Part shown: piece by piece, positions 36,873 through 47,261 of the stretch
Layout: each line of letters begins with the position of its first letter
Position numbering within the stretch: position 1 is the stretch's first letter
Assembly (NCBI GenBank): GCA_913043225.1
Contig: CAJWLU010000023.1
Coordinates: forward strand, 1 to 55,508
DNA: 55,508 nucleotides
DNA from: an uncultured Acidobacteriota bacterium
GTDB taxonomy: Bacteria; Acidobacteriota; Vicinamibacteria; Vicinamibacterales; UBA8438
Direction: 5' to 3'
Translations under genes and position numbers: made by a program
Notes under the pieces: model-generated
What the model was told of the DNA's origin: nothing
Seen by the model: the letters and a program-made list of their open reading frames with translations, nothing else
Database searches by the model: none

Positions 36873-37439
36873 TTAGAGCAACCGCAGCTGGCCAGCCGCG
36901 AGCGGCGCCACGGTCGGCGAGAAGTCGCCCAAAGATGGCGCGGCGACCGTGCCGGTTCTGGCATAGCGCTCGAGTTGTTGCCGCAGCCACATGATGTAGC
37001 GGCGGTTGTGCGACCGCTCGTCGATCGCTTGGCGGCACAACGACGCTACTGCGCCGGCATGACGCCGCCACGATCTCCCGTCACAATCCACCTGCAGATA
37101 GCAGGGTTTCTCGTCCCAGAACAGTGGGTCCCTGGCTAGGGTCCAGATATCGCATTGAATCTCGCCGCTCGGGATCAGTTCCATCCCGGGCGGTTGGAGC
37201 AGGTGCGTGAGCTCGTGACCGATCGTGTAGTAGGTCACTCGCCGGCGCCGGTACGGATTCAGACGGATCAGGCGGTCAGAGGGAATTGCCAGCCCGTCCA
37301 GCCGCCGACTGGCGGTGACCCCGACTGTGACCGGTGCGTCACCAAGCTCGGGAAAGAGCGCCAGCGAACGCTTGAGCTGTAAAACCAGCTCGTCGGATGC
37401 GGCCGCAGCCATCGGCGCGGTGAGGCGGAGCCGGGCCAT
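36873..37439 (-). CDS. Hypothetical HExxH (zincin-like) protein
   Basis: TIGHELTHLLQ plus downstream GEIQCD; TGcTATCGT extended -10 just upstream. Confidence 0.65.
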   Translation of the reverse strand: MARLRLTAPMAAAASDELVLQLKRSLALFPELGDAPVTVGVTASRRLDGLAIPSDRLIRLNPYRRRRVTYYTIGHELTHLLQPPGMELIPSGEIQCDIWTLARDPLFWDEKPCYLQVDCDGRSWRRHAGAVASLCRQAIDERSHNRRYIMWLRQQLERYARTGTVAAPSLGDFSPTVAPLAAGQLRLL

Positions 37440-37632
37440 GTCAGGACACGATAGCAGGTTCGCGAAACTGATGAGTGGCGATCGTCGTCTAATCCCGGTA
37501 GGCGGCCGGAGTGCCGGGATTGCCCCTCGCTCAATCCGCACTGGCGCCGTTTTTCTCCAGAGTCAATGCCGAGCGAATTTCTTCAAGGGCAAAAACATTT
37601 TCTTCCTGAGTCGTGATTAGATCGACGGAACC

Positions 37633-40600
37633 ATGAACGGCATCATCAACTGGTTTGCCCGGAACCCTGTCGCTGCCAATCTACTGATGGTCTTCTTGGT
37701 CGTCAGCGGCGCGGTCGCCTCCTTGACGGTAAAAGAGGAGGTCTTTCCCGAGTTCGCCCTCGACCTGGTGACGATCGAGGTGCCTTATCTGGGGGCCGCC
37801 CCTGAGGAGGTCGAGTCGGCCGTCTCGGTGCGGATCGAAGAGGCGATCCAGGGGATCGACGGGATCAAGGAGATCACGTCAACGGCATCCGAAGGGATGG
37901 GGACGGTCCAGGTCGAGCTGGAGCTCGGCGCTGACACCCGGAAGGTCGTCGACGATATCAAGAGCAATGTCGACGCCATCACGACGTTTCCCGCCGAGAC
38001 CGAGAAACCGATTATCCGAGAGCTCACCACCCGCCAGCAGGTCGTCGACATCGCGGTGGCGGGCGACACCGACGAACTGAGCCTGAAACGGGTCGCCGAG
38101 CGTGTGCGTGACGAGCTCACCGCGCTGCCCGAGATCACGCAGGCGGAAGTGGTTGGCGCGCGGCCCTACGAAATCAGTATCGAGGTGTCGGAAACTGCGC
38201 TGCGGCGACACGGGCTCCGGTTCGACGATGTGGCTGATGCGGTGCGCAGGTCATCGCTCGACCTTCCGGGGGGGGCGGTCCGGGCGGAGAGCGGCGAGAT
38301 TCTGCTGCGGACCATCGGTCAGGCCTACGGGCGTCAGGACTACGAGAATCTTGTGCTCCTCACCCGCCCGGATGGCACCCGGCTGATGTTGGAAGACGTG
38401 GCCACGGTAATCGACGGGTTTGCCGAGACCGACGAGTCGGCCCGCTTCGATGTGGCACCTGCGGTGTTGGTGTCGGTCTATCGAACCGGCGATCAGCGGG
38501 TGCTCGAGATTGCCGATGCGGTCGAGCGGTATGTCGAACGTGCGGAGGGCACGTTGCCCGCCGGGTTGACGCTGACGATGTGGCAGGACCAGTCTGAGGC
38601 GCTGGACGCCCGGCTGTCCTTGCTGCTCCGCAATGGGTTCGGCGGGTTCGTCCTCGTCTTCGTCGCGCTCGCCCTGTTTCTGGATCTGCGGCTGGCGTTC
38701 TGGACCAGCCTCGGGATCCCCATCTCGTTTCTTGGCGCGATCTGGCTGATGCCGGCGTTCGATGTATCCATCAACGTGATGTCGCTGTTCGCGTTCATCC
38801 TAGTGCTGGGCATCGTCGTGGACGATGCCATTGTCGTGGGCGAGAACATCCACACGCACCAGCAGCGTCACGGAGAGGGAATGAAGGGGGCGATCGAGGG
38901 AGCCCGAGAGATCTCACGGCCAATCATTTTCGCCGTCCTCACCACAATGGCGGCGTTCATGCCGATGCTCTTCGTTCCCGGACCGCTGGGCAAGGTTTTC
39001 ATGGTGATCCCGCTCATCGTGATCCCGTGTCTCTTCTTTTCGCTGGTTGAGTCGCTCATGATCCTGCCGGCTCACCTGTCCCACATGTCGCGGCGGAAAG
39101 GGCGCGGGCCCTGGCGGCGCTTCCAAGGGTTGTTTGCCAGCGGGCTGGCGTGGGTGACCCAACGACTCTACAAGCCTGCCCTCGAGTTCGGGTTACGCTG
39201 GCGCTATCTCACTGCGTCGGTGGGCATCGCCATGCTGATTCTGACCTCCGGGTTGGTGGCCAGCGGCTACACCACTTTCATCTTCTTCCCGTCGATCGAA
39301 GCGGACTTCATGTCGGCCAACGTCACGATGCCGCAGGGGGCACCGCTGACGGCGACCTCGGATGCGCTAGCCAGAGTCGAGAACGGAGCGGCGCGTCTCC
39401 GGAAAGAGGTGTTCGAGGAGACCGGGCAGGATGTGTTCCGCCATGTCTTCTCCTCGATGGGACGACAGTCGCAATCGGGCGGGCCGATGGGTGGGACATC
39501 GACCAGCGGGTCCAATGTAGGCGAGGTGACGATCGAGCTGATTCCCTCCGAGGAACGCATGTTTGACAGCGAGACGCTCGGCCGCCGGTGGAGAGAACTC
39601 ACCGGCACGATCCCTGAGGCGATTGATGCCACGTTCAGCGCCACGATCATGAGCCCTGGCGAGGACGTCAATGTCCAGCTCATGGGGGGGAACTTGGACC
39701 AGCTGCGAGATGCCGCGTTCGTCGTGCAAGACCGGTTGGCCGGGCTGGCCGGGGTGTACGAGATTACCGATACCTTCCGGGACGGCAAGCAGGAGATACG
39801 GCTTGGCATCAGGCCGTCCGCGGAGACGCTCGGGCTGACCCTGCAGGATCTCGGTCGACAGGTCCGCCAGGCGTTCTACGGTGAGGAGGCGCAGCGGATC
39901 CAGCGTGGCCGCGACGACGTCCGGGTGCTGGTCCGCTATCCTGAGGAGCAGCGACGTTCCCTCGGCGACCTCGACAACATGCGCATTCGTACGCCGGAGG
40001 GAGCCGAGGTGCCGTTCCGCGACGTGGCGGTGGTCGAGACCGGTCGTGGCTTCTCTTCCATCCGGCGTGTCGACCGCAATCGCGCCGTCAGCGTGACGGC
40101 GGCGATTGATCCCACCACTACGACGTCTGGAGCGGTCACGGAAGAACTGGAGCAGGTCATTCTGCCCGAGGTGCTGGCTGGCTTCCAAGGGATCACGTTT
40201 TCGTTCGAGGGCGCTCAGGCCCAGCAGGCCGACTCCATCGACGGGCTGGGTCGCGGGTTTGGCCTCGCGGTTCTGCTGATCTTCGCCTTGCTCGCCGTCC
40301 CCCTCCGTTCCTATATCCAACCGCTCATCGTGATGGCGGCCATCCCGTTCGGGTTGGTGGGGGCCATCTGGGGGCACATTGTCATGGGACTCAACGTGAC
40401 GATGATCTCAATGTTCGGCCTTGTGGCGCTTACCGGCGTGGTCGTCAACGACAGCTTGGTTATGGTGGATTTCATCAACCGGAAGCGGGAACGCCAGGCC
40501 AGTCTGCTCAGTGCGGTCCGTGAGGCGGGTGTCGCCCGGTTCCGTCCGATCATGTTGACCTCGCTGACCACCTTCGCCGGGTTGGCACCGCTCATGTTCA

Positions 40601-40797
40601 ACCAGAGCTTCCACGCCGCGTTTCTGGTGCCTATGGCTGTCTCGCTGGCGTTCGGCGTGCTGTTCGCCACCTTCATCACGCTGGTGCTGGTTCCCACCGC
40701 GTATCTCATCCTCGACGACGTTCACGTCATGGTGCTCGGTCGGTCGGAGTCGGTGGCATTGCCGGCCACCGGATCCCCGGCGCCCGCCGAGTCGTAG
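37633..40797 (+). CDS. RND efflux transporter permease (AcrB/AcrD/AcrF family)
   Basis: 1054 aa; NPVAANLLM, LGIVVDDAIVVGEN, GVVVNDSLVMVD, RFRPIMLTSLTT. Confidence 0.95.
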   Translation: MNGIINWFARNPVAANLLMVFLVVSGAVASLTVKEEVFPEFALDLVTIEVPYLGAAPEEVESAVSVRIEEAIQGIDGIKEITSTASEGMGTVQVELELGADTRKVVDDIKSNVDAITTFPAETEKPIIRELTTRQQVVDIAVAGDTDELSLKRVAERVRDELTALPEITQAEVVGARPYEISIEVSETALRRHGLRFDDVADAVRRSSLDLPGGAVRAESGEILLRTIGQAYGRQDYENLVLLTRPDGTRLMLEDVATVIDGFAETDESARFDVAPAVLVSVYRTGDQRVLEIADAVERYVERAEGTLPAGLTLTMWQDQSEALDARLSLLLRNGFGGFVLVFVALALFLDLRLAFWTSLGIPISFLGAIWLMPAFDVSINVMSLFAFILVLGIVVDDAIVVGENIHTHQQRHGEGMKGAIEGAREISRPIIFAVLTTMAAFMPMLFVPGPLGKVFMVIPLIVIPCLFFSLVESLMILPAHLSHMSRRKGRGPWRRFQGLFASGLAWVTQRLYKPALEFGLRWRYLTASVGIAMLILTSGLVASGYTTFIFFPSIEADFMSANVTMPQGAPLTATSDALARVENGAARLRKEVFEETGQDVFRHVFSSMGRQSQSGGPMGGTSTSGSNVGEVTIELIPSEERMFDSETLGRRWRELTGTIPEAIDATFSATIMSPGEDVNVQLMGGNLDQLRDAAFVVQDRLAGLAGVYEITDTFRDGKQEIRLGIRPSAETLGLTLQDLGRQVRQAFYGEEAQRIQRGRDDVRVLVRYPEEQRRSLGDLDNMRIRTPEGAEVPFRDVAVVETGRGFSSIRRVDRNRAVSVTAAIDPTTTTSGAVTEELEQVILPEVLAGFQGITFSFEGAQAQQADSIDGLGRGFGLAVLLIFALLAVPLRSYIQPLIVMAAIPFGLVGAIWGHIVMGLNVTMISMFGLVALTGVVVNDSLVMVDFINRKRERQASLLSAVREAGVARFRPIMLTSLTTFAGLAPLMFNQSFHAAFLVPMAVSLAFGVLFATFITLVLVPTAYLILDDVHVMVLGRSESVALPATGSPAPAES

Positions 40798-40870
40798 CGG
40801 CTCCGTTTTCTTCTCGGTCTAGATCTACTGAACCCGGTGCATCCGGAGGAAAACGATCTGTGTTTTTCCT

Positions 40871-40910
40871 TTCACCTTTAATAAAATAGTATTTCTTTAT
40901 AATAAAATAC
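40871..40910 (+). promoter_or_regulatory. AT-rich promoter/operator region
   Basis: TATAAT at 40898-40903; direct repeat TAATAAAATA at 40879 and 40900; AAGGAGGT RBS downstream. Confidence 0.55.
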
Positions 40911-40944
40911 AGGCAGTTGAACGGACGCAAGGAGGTAGTCAGGA

Positions 40945-41340
40945 ATGCAACAGTTACAGAGTATTCGTAGGGAACTGAAGCGGTCACTGGCCAGGGATCT
41001 CAGAAGCCAGTTGGAGTCTCTGCGTGCCAACGCTCATAGCGATGTGATCGACGAAGGGGTTTGGAGTGAGCACGTCGCAGTCGCAGCACAGGCCATCGAG
41101 GTGGACTGGCAACGCAAGCGCCAGATCCAGGCGGCGCTGGACCGGATCCGCACCGGCCGTTATGGCCGGTGTGACAGCTGCGATGCTGCTGTCGCCGAGG
41201 CCCGGCTGACCGCCGCGCCCTGGGCGACCCGGTGCGTTCGCTGTCAGGAGCGGCAGGAGCGTCTGGATAATGCTCGGATCGTCCGCGGACCGGTCTCGAT
41301 GAGAGACGGATTCGAAAGTCGCTTCGATGACGCGGCCTGA
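40945..41340 (+). CDS. TraR/DksA C4 zinc-finger protein
   Basis: AALDRI..G.YG.CDSC...[22 protein letters not shown] at the coiled-coil tip. Confidence 0.9.
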   Translation: MQQLQSIRRELKRSLARDLRSQLESLRANAHSDVIDEGVWSEHVAVAAQAIEVDWQRKRQIQAALDRIRTGRYGRCDSCDAAVAEARLTAAPWATRCVRCQERQERLDNARIVRGPVSMRDGFESRFDDAA

Positions 41341-42247
41341 TGGGGAAATACGGATGGAGATGAACGGCAGCACGGCACGTAGGGCGGGATCGAGCACCGA
41401 TGACTTGGTCGAGGTCTACTTCCGTGACGTATCGAAGCATCCGATCCTGAGCAAGGACGAGGAACGGTCGATGCTTGACGGGATCGACCGCTGTCTCGAC
41501 CCGGAGGAACGTACGCGTGCGGCCGAACGGGCGAATCAGCAGCTGGTGGAGTCGAACCTGCGGCTAGTGGTGATGCTGGCCAAAGGCTATCAACACCGTG
41601 GACTCTCGCTGCTCGACCTCATCCAGGAAGGCAATGTCGGTCTACTAAAGGCAGTCGAGCGGTTCGATCGGCATCGGGGGGTACGTTTCTCGACCTACTC
41701 GGCGTGGTGGATCCGGCAGTCGATCGTCCGGGCACTCATTGACAAGGCGCCCATCATCCGGATCTCGAGCCATCGGGTCCACCAAAGGCGCCAGGCGCAG
41801 CGAGCGCGTCGACACCTCGAACGAGAGCTCGGGCGCCCGCCCTCTGACGAGGAGGTGGCGCGCCAACTGGGCGTGACCACCGACGTCATGGAGCGGATCG
41901 TCAATGCGGTGCCGGAGGTTGGGCCACTCGATTCGAGCGAGACCGGCGACTGGGGGCCGGCGGTTCAGGTGCGCGACGACAAAACGCCGCCGCCGGACGA
42001 GCAACTGGTGGCCGCAGGTCTGCGACGCGACACCCGTCGTGTCCTCTCTGTTCTGGCGCCTCGCGAAGCGCAGGTTCTCGTGTGGCGCTTCGGGCTCGAC
42101 GGTGGCGCCTACCGCAGCCTGGCGGAGATTGGTGCCCGCCTGTCACTCACCAAAGAGGGAGTGCGAGGTATCCAGGTGCGCGCGCTGGAGAAGCTTCGTC
42201 AGTCGATGCAAGCCGACGTGCTCTCCGACTGGTGGAGAACCGCCTGA
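41327..42247 (+). CDS. Sigma-70 family factor, group-2 (RpoS-like, no region 1.1)
   Basis: [45 protein letters not shown]; start may be 41354 or 41360. Confidence 0.9.
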   Translation: MTRPDGEIRMEMNGSTARRAGSSTDDLVEVYFRDVSKHPILSKDEERSMLDGIDRCLDPEERTRAAERANQQLVESNLRLVVMLAKGYQHRGLSLLDLIQEGNVGLLKAVERFDRHRGVRFSTYSAWWIRQSIVRALIDKAPIIRISSHRVHQRRQAQRARRHLERELGRPPSDEEVARQLGVTTDVMERIVNAVPEVGPLDSSETGDWGPAVQVRDDKTPPPDEQLVAAGLRRDTRRVLSVLAPREAQVLVWRFGLDGGAYRSLAEIGARLSLTKEGVRGIQVRALEKLRQSMQADVLSDWWRTA

Positions 42248-42823
42248 CGCCGGCTCGCCCTCATCTCGCCCTGGCGGGCCAGGGCGCGCAGGATGCCGGC
42301 GAAAATCCGCACGTGTAGCGGATAGATGCCGTGCCAGTAGGCGAGGCTGGCGAGACCCAACGGGTCGAACATAGCCGTCTGTCGCACGAGGCTCCGGCCG
42401 GGCCCTGATTCCTGTACCTCAAACTCCAGCCACGCCCGTCCCGGGAGCTTCATCTCGGCGACTAGGCGGAGGCGGCGATCTGGCTAAAATGCTTCGACCC
42501 GCCAGCAGTCGAGGGTGTGTCCCACTTGCAGCGACTCTGGATCGCGCCGCCCGCGTCGCATCCCCACCCCGCCGAGCACTAGGTCGATCCAGCCCCGGAT
42601 CGTCCAGAGGGCATCCAGGTGATACCACCCACGTACTCCCCCGATCTGGCGGATCGGCCTGAACGCGTCGGTCGGCGACGCGTCGACCTCGACCGCGCGG
42701 CTGTCGACCAACCGGGTGCCAAGCTGGACTCCGGCCCACGTCGGCATCGCCCGACCTGACGAGATGGCGTCCGATGTAGCCGCTGGCGCCGGTGAGAAGG
42801 ACGAGAGGGCGTTGATCGAACAT
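42199..42823 (-). pseudogene. YbjT-like SDR/DUF2867 gene with internal deletion, frameshift and nonsense codon
   Basis: MFDQRPLVLLTGASGYIG jumps out of frame to SDAISS...IGGVRGWY...DCWRVEAF* and continues PDRRLRLVAEMKLPGRAWLEF...FDPLGL..LAYW. Confidence 0.85.
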
Positions 42824-42862
42824 GTCTGAGCAACATAATTCGTTTTCTTTCTTTGGGGAATT

Positions 42863-44245
42863 GTGCCGGTGAACACACTCGACGACTTGTCGGTCCTCCC
42901 CGAGGTCAGGGTGCGCCGCCGCGGTGCCCCGGATCCGGAAGGGCGTGGTGTTGTCTACTGGATGCAGCGCGCGCAGCGGGCGCAGGATAATCGCGCGCTC
43001 GACGTGGCCATCCGGGCGGGCAACCTGTTGCGACGACCGGTGGTCGTGTTCCTGGCGCCAGTGCCGAACTACCCGAACGGCAACCTCAGGCACTACCGCT
43101 TTCTGTTCGAGGGTTTCGAAGAGCTGGAATCTGCTCTTGGCCGCCGGGGTGTCGGACTGGTGTTCCGCCTGTATCCTCGCCATCGCCTGGAGCTGTTGCT
43201 GGACGAGGTCAGACCGGCACTGCTGGTTGGAGATGAGAACCCACTCCGCGAGACGGAGGCCTGGCGCGCCAAGGTCGCTGAACGGGTGCGGGTACCGTTC
43301 TGGACCGTCGACACCGAGGTCGTCGTGCCGTCGGTCTGCCTGGAGCGGGAGCAGTATGCGGCCCGGACGATCCGACCTCGGATTCATCGACTCCTACCGA
43401 CCTACCTCGTGAGGCCCCCCAGTCCGCGAGCGCACATTCCGTGGTCCCCCGGGAGGGGACTCGCGCGTGAGCGACCCACGGGCGAGGTGCCGACCGACTA
43501 CCCGCTCGATCGGCGCGTGGGTGGCGTTGGCGGCCTCGTCGGCGGGGCGAAAGAGGCTCGTCGGCGGCTACGCCGTTTTGTCCGGACCGGGCTCTCGGGC
43601 TATGCCACCGCGCGCAGTCATCCGGAGCATGACGGGACCAGTCGATTGTCGGCCTATCTGCACTTTGGCCATCTCGGTCCACGGGCGCTCGCAATCGCGA
43701 TCCAGCAGAGTGACGCGCCGGAGGTGGACCGGGCGGCGTTTCTTGAGCAGCTGATCGTGCGGCGTGAGCTGGCCATTAACTTTGTCCGTTACAACGACTG
43801 CTACGACCGGCTCGACGGATGCGAGTCCTGGGCTAGGCGCACGCTCGACGAGCATCGCCTGGATCGGCGTCCGGTCATCTACACCCTCCGCCAACTGGAG
43901 CAGGCCGAGACGCATGACCCGCTCTGGAACGCCGCACAGCGCCAGGTCGTGGACACCGGTTGGATGCACGGCTACATCCGCATGTACTGGGCGAAGAAGA
44001 TCTTGGAGTGGACGGCCCGGCCCGAAGACGCCTTTGCCATAGCGGTAGAGCTGAATGACCGCTACCAGCTCGACGGCCGAGACCCCAACGGCTATGCCAG
44101 CATCGCGTGGGCGGTGGGGGGCAAGCACGATCGGGCATGGGGACCGACACGCCCCGTGTTCGGTGCGGTGCGTTTCATGTCGTTTTCCAGCACACGGCGG
44201 AAGTTCGACAGCGCTGCCTACATACGCCGGTACGCCGGAACCTGA
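42863..44245 (+). CDS. phr: Class II CPD DNA photolyase
   Basis: VYWMQRAQR..DN.AL, SRLSAYLHFGH, EQLIVRRELA.NF, GWMHGYIRMYWAKKILEW, DGRDPNGY. Confidence 0.92.
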   Translation: MPVNTLDDLSVLPEVRVRRRGAPDPEGRGVVYWMQRAQRAQDNRALDVAIRAGNLLRRPVVVFLAPVPNYPNGNLRHYRFLFEGFEELESALGRRGVGLVFRLYPRHRLELLLDEVRPALLVGDENPLRETEAWRAKVAERVRVPFWTVDTEVVVPSVCLEREQYAARTIRPRIHRLLPTYLVRPPSPRAHIPWSPGRGLARERPTGEVPTDYPLDRRVGGVGGLVGGAKEARRRLRRFVRTGLSGYATARSHPEHDGTSRLSAYLHFGHLGPRALAIAIQQSDAPEVDRAAFLEQLIVRRELAINFVRYNDCYDRLDGCESWARRTLDEHRLDRRPVIYTLRQLEQAETHDPLWNAAQRQVVDTGWMHGYIRMYWAKKILEWTARPEDAFAIAVELNDRYQLDGRDPNGYASIAWAVGGKHDRAWGPTRPVFGAVRFMSFSSTRRKFDSAAYIRRYAGT

Positions 44246-44268
44246 CCCGGGGTGCGCGGAGTCTGCGG

Positions 44269-45873
44269 CTAGTCCGGGTTAACGCAGGAGAAGCTCGCCG
44301 CGTTGTCGGTATCGCCGCTGCCGTCCCACCGGGCCACTTGTGGGTAAGGGCACAGCGGCCGACTCTGCACGACCTCGCCGTCGCGGAGCTTCGAGGCGAT
44401 GATCTGGGCTGGCGCCTCGTCCTGTTCGACCCAACGTTCGAGCGCAGACAGCGCGTCGAAACTGTCTGGTCCGGGGCCGCCGCGACAGTGGCCCATACCC
44501 GGCACCATGAACAGCCGGTAGAAGTCTTGCACGCTCGCCAGCTTGGTGGTGTCGTCAGCCCCCTCGCCCATCTCGGTGACCACCCGTTCGAAATAGTCGA
44601 TGCTGCTGAGGGGGGAGATGTCGGCGTCGCTCCAGCCGTGATACATGAGGAGCTTCGCCCCGCGATCCCTCAGACCGCTGAGGTCGGGGTTGTTGGCATC
44701 GAGCGCGGCGCCGGTCTTTGCCAGCGCAATCGGCAGATCCCGCTCGTAGTTCCACGACCGGAAGTCCCACACCGGATCATCGAAGACCATGTTGCGCATG
44801 AAGTCTTCGGCCGCCAGGAAGTGGGTCCCCGCGTACGCCTGCCGCCCGGTGACCCAGCTCGACCAGCCGCCGGGACCGGCTTCGCCCCCCGGAACCAGTC
44901 CCGGATAGATCGGCGTACCATCGGCATCAAGTGGACCCTGCCAGATGTCTCGCACCGCTTGTACCTGCTTGGCAGTGAGGCATCCCTCGGTCTCGCCCCC
45001 CTCACAGGTCAACACACCGGGGTCGAAGTCGCACTTGCGCGGGTCGTCGAGCACGCCGTCTTTGATCCCGTCGATCGCGTCACAGGCTTTGGTCACCGCA
45101 TCGCCCAGCACCGCGACCTTGTCGGGGGGGATGTAGCTGGCTTCGTCGTCCAGGGTGGCCAGCGCGTACCACAGGTGGGCGGCGGCGTAGAACGTGGTCC
45201 AGTCGTGGGCGGGGTTGCCCACCACGAGACCGTCGAAATCTTCCGGATAGCGCTGGGCCTCCATCATGCCCTGCTGGCCACCTTTTGAGCACCCGACGTA
45301 ATACGAGTAGTCCGGCGCGCTGCCGTAATGAGCGGCCGTGATCGCCTTGCCGTGCATGGCTGTGAGATGCATCGACCGATGACCGAAGTCCGCGATCAGA
45401 TCCGGCCGGTTCAGGGCCCAGTTCGCATCAAAGCCCCCGTCGCCGCGCACGTGGCCGGTGTCGGTGCTGGCTGTCGCGTAGCCGCGCCGGAGCGCGCCGG
45501 CCATCGCGCCGTAGCTGATGACGCCCGCCATGCCTCCGTTGCCCGCGGCGTGGAACTTGCCGTTCCAGTCTTCTGGCAGCCAGACCTCGAAGTTGACGGC
45601 CGGCTCGCTGGTGACGGCCACGCGGCAGAAGGTCGGGAGATCTATCGCGTCGCCCCCCGGCGGCGTGAACGAGCCGGCGGGAACCGCCTCGGCCAGTGTG
45701 ATGGTCGTGTCCGGCAGGACGAGTGCGGCCAGCGCGGCGCAGGTGGCCGGAGCGACCTCATCAGTCGCGGCCGTTGTCGACTTGGCACTCTCGGCGCAGG
45801 CGGCCATTCCGGCCATTGCCGTCGCGACCAGGCTGCCCCCCAGCAACGTCGTCCAGTTTCCCCGAGTCTGCAT
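44269..45873 (-). CDS. Tannase/feruloyl esterase family lipoprotein
   Basis: Lipobox-like MAAC; EVWLPEDWNGKF, STDTGH, GCSKGG, YHGWSD, PGMGHC, RPLCPYP. Confidence 0.92.
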   Translation of the reverse strand: MQTRGNWTTLLGGSLVATAMAGMAACAESAKSTTAATDEVAPATCAALAALVLPDTTITLAEAVPAGSFTPPGGDAIDLPTFCRVAVTSEPAVNFEVWLPEDWNGKFHAAGNGGMAGVISYGAMAGALRRGYATASTDTGHVRGDGGFDANWALNRPDLIADFGHRSMHLTAMHGKAITAAHYGSAPDYSYYVGCSKGGQQGMMEAQRYPEDFDGLVVGNPAHDWTTFYAAAHLWYALATLDDEASYIPPDKVAVLGDAVTKACDAIDGIKDGVLDDPRKCDFDPGVLTCEGGETEGCLTAKQVQAVRDIWQGPLDADGTPIYPGLVPGGEAGPGGWSSWVTGRQAYAGTHFLAAEDFMRNMVFDDPVWDFRSWNYERDLPIALAKTGAALDANNPDLSGLRDRGAKLLMYHGWSDADISPLSSIDYFERVVTEMGEGADDTTKLASVQDFYRLFMVPGMGHCRGGPGPDSFDALSALERWVEQDEAPAQIIASKLRDGEVVQSRPLCPYPQVARWDGSGDTDNAASFSCVNPD

Positions 45874-46120
45874 GCGGTTGATCCTATCCGGCCCCTTGTC
45901 CGGCTCCAAACAACCTGCCCCGCAGGTGCTGTCCCCGCTAAATCACGCGCCCAGCGCCAGCATTGCCCGACGGTCCAGCACTTTCTGTACGGCCCGACGC
46001 GCCGGCGCACCCCGAGCTCACGACCGGATCGTGTCGAAATGCTTTCGCTTATGTCACAGGGAGGTCCCGGTTCGGCAGGCAGCACTTGCTCAGTGGCCGG
46101 TCGGAGGCGATCATCCGGGG

Positions 46121-47155
46121 ATGTCCCGCCCACTCGCCGACGCGCTCGCACGCTATCCCAGAGTTTCACTCACACGGGTTCCCACGCCGCTCGATCGAGT
46201 GACCCGGGTTGGCGAGCAGATCGGTCTTGACCTGTATCTCAAGCGTGATGACCTAACCGATCTGGCGATGGGTGGGGACAAGCCGCGCAAGCTCGAGTAC
46301 GAAGTAGCCAGGGCGGTGTCGGCTGGGGCGACGGTGCTGGTCACCGTTGGGAGTGCGCAAAGCAATCACGCCAGGCTGACGACCGCGGCGGCCCGGCGGG
46401 TTGGGATGGGAATCACGGTGGTGCTCGGTCGCGACGATCGGGTCACGTTCCAGGGCAACCTGCTGACGGTCAGGCTCATGGGCGCCGACGTCCGTTTGGT
46501 CGACACGGCAGACCACTGGGCGTTAGAGGAGGACGCGCGCGTCGTCTGCGACAAGCTTCGGGCCGCAGGCGAGACGCCTCACTTCATTCCGGTAAGCGGG
46601 TCGACGCCGCACAGCTGTCTGGGCTACGTGCGGGCGGGACTCGAACTCGTCGACCAGCTAGGCGAGCGTGAACTCGAGCCGGCGGCGATTTACGTGCCCT
46701 GTGGAACTGGCGGGATTCTGGTAGGACTCACGACCGCGCTTCGCGATGCGGGCGTTGATTGCCCAATCGTCGGCATCAGCGTCAACCGGCCGGCGGCGCA
46801 GTGTTATGAACGGATCGACGCCTGGTGGCGTGCCGTCAGCGAGCTCCTTGAGCTGGACCCGAACCGTCCACGCGGACCGATCGAAGTGGATGATGGATAC
46901 ATCGGGCGCGAGTACGGGGATCCCACAGAGGCCTGTCTCGACGCCATTCTGCGCATGGGGTCGACCGAGGGGATCCTGCTCGATCCGGTGTACTCGGGGA
47001 AGGTGTTCGCCGGGCTGTGTGGTCACCAAGCGGCAGGCCGGTGGCCGGGTGGTGCGTCTGTGGTGATGCTGCACTCCGGCGGCACACCCGCCTTGTTTGC
47101 CTATCAGGACGCCCTGGCCGTGCATCTCGACCGGAAGAAGGGCGTTGAGCACTAA
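46121..47155 (+). CDS. D-cysteine desulfhydrase / ACC deaminase family PLP enzyme
   Basis: PTPL, KRDD, GGDKPRKLEY, QSNH, EGILLDPVYSGK, LHSGG. Confidence 0.9.
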   Translation: MSRPLADALARYPRVSLTRVPTPLDRVTRVGEQIGLDLYLKRDDLTDLAMGGDKPRKLEYEVARAVSAGATVLVTVGSAQSNHARLTTAAARRVGMGITVVLGRDDRVTFQGNLLTVRLMGADVRLVDTADHWALEEDARVVCDKLRAAGETPHFIPVSGSTPHSCLGYVRAGLELVDQLGERELEPAAIYVPCGTGGILVGLTTALRDAGVDCPIVGISVNRPAAQCYERIDAWWRAVSELLELDPNRPRGPIEVDDGYIGREYGDPTEACLDAILRMGSTEGILLDPVYSGKVFAGLCGHQAAGRWPGGASVVMLHSGGTPALFAYQDALAVHLDRKKGVEH

Positions 47156-47261
47156 CGGCTGACACGCCGACCGGCGCGGCCTCAGGCGCTCACATGCTCG
47201 CGCTCGCCAACGATCGCGGCCCGCTCTGCGAGCCCGTTCTTCCGCGCGAGCCGCACGCGCA

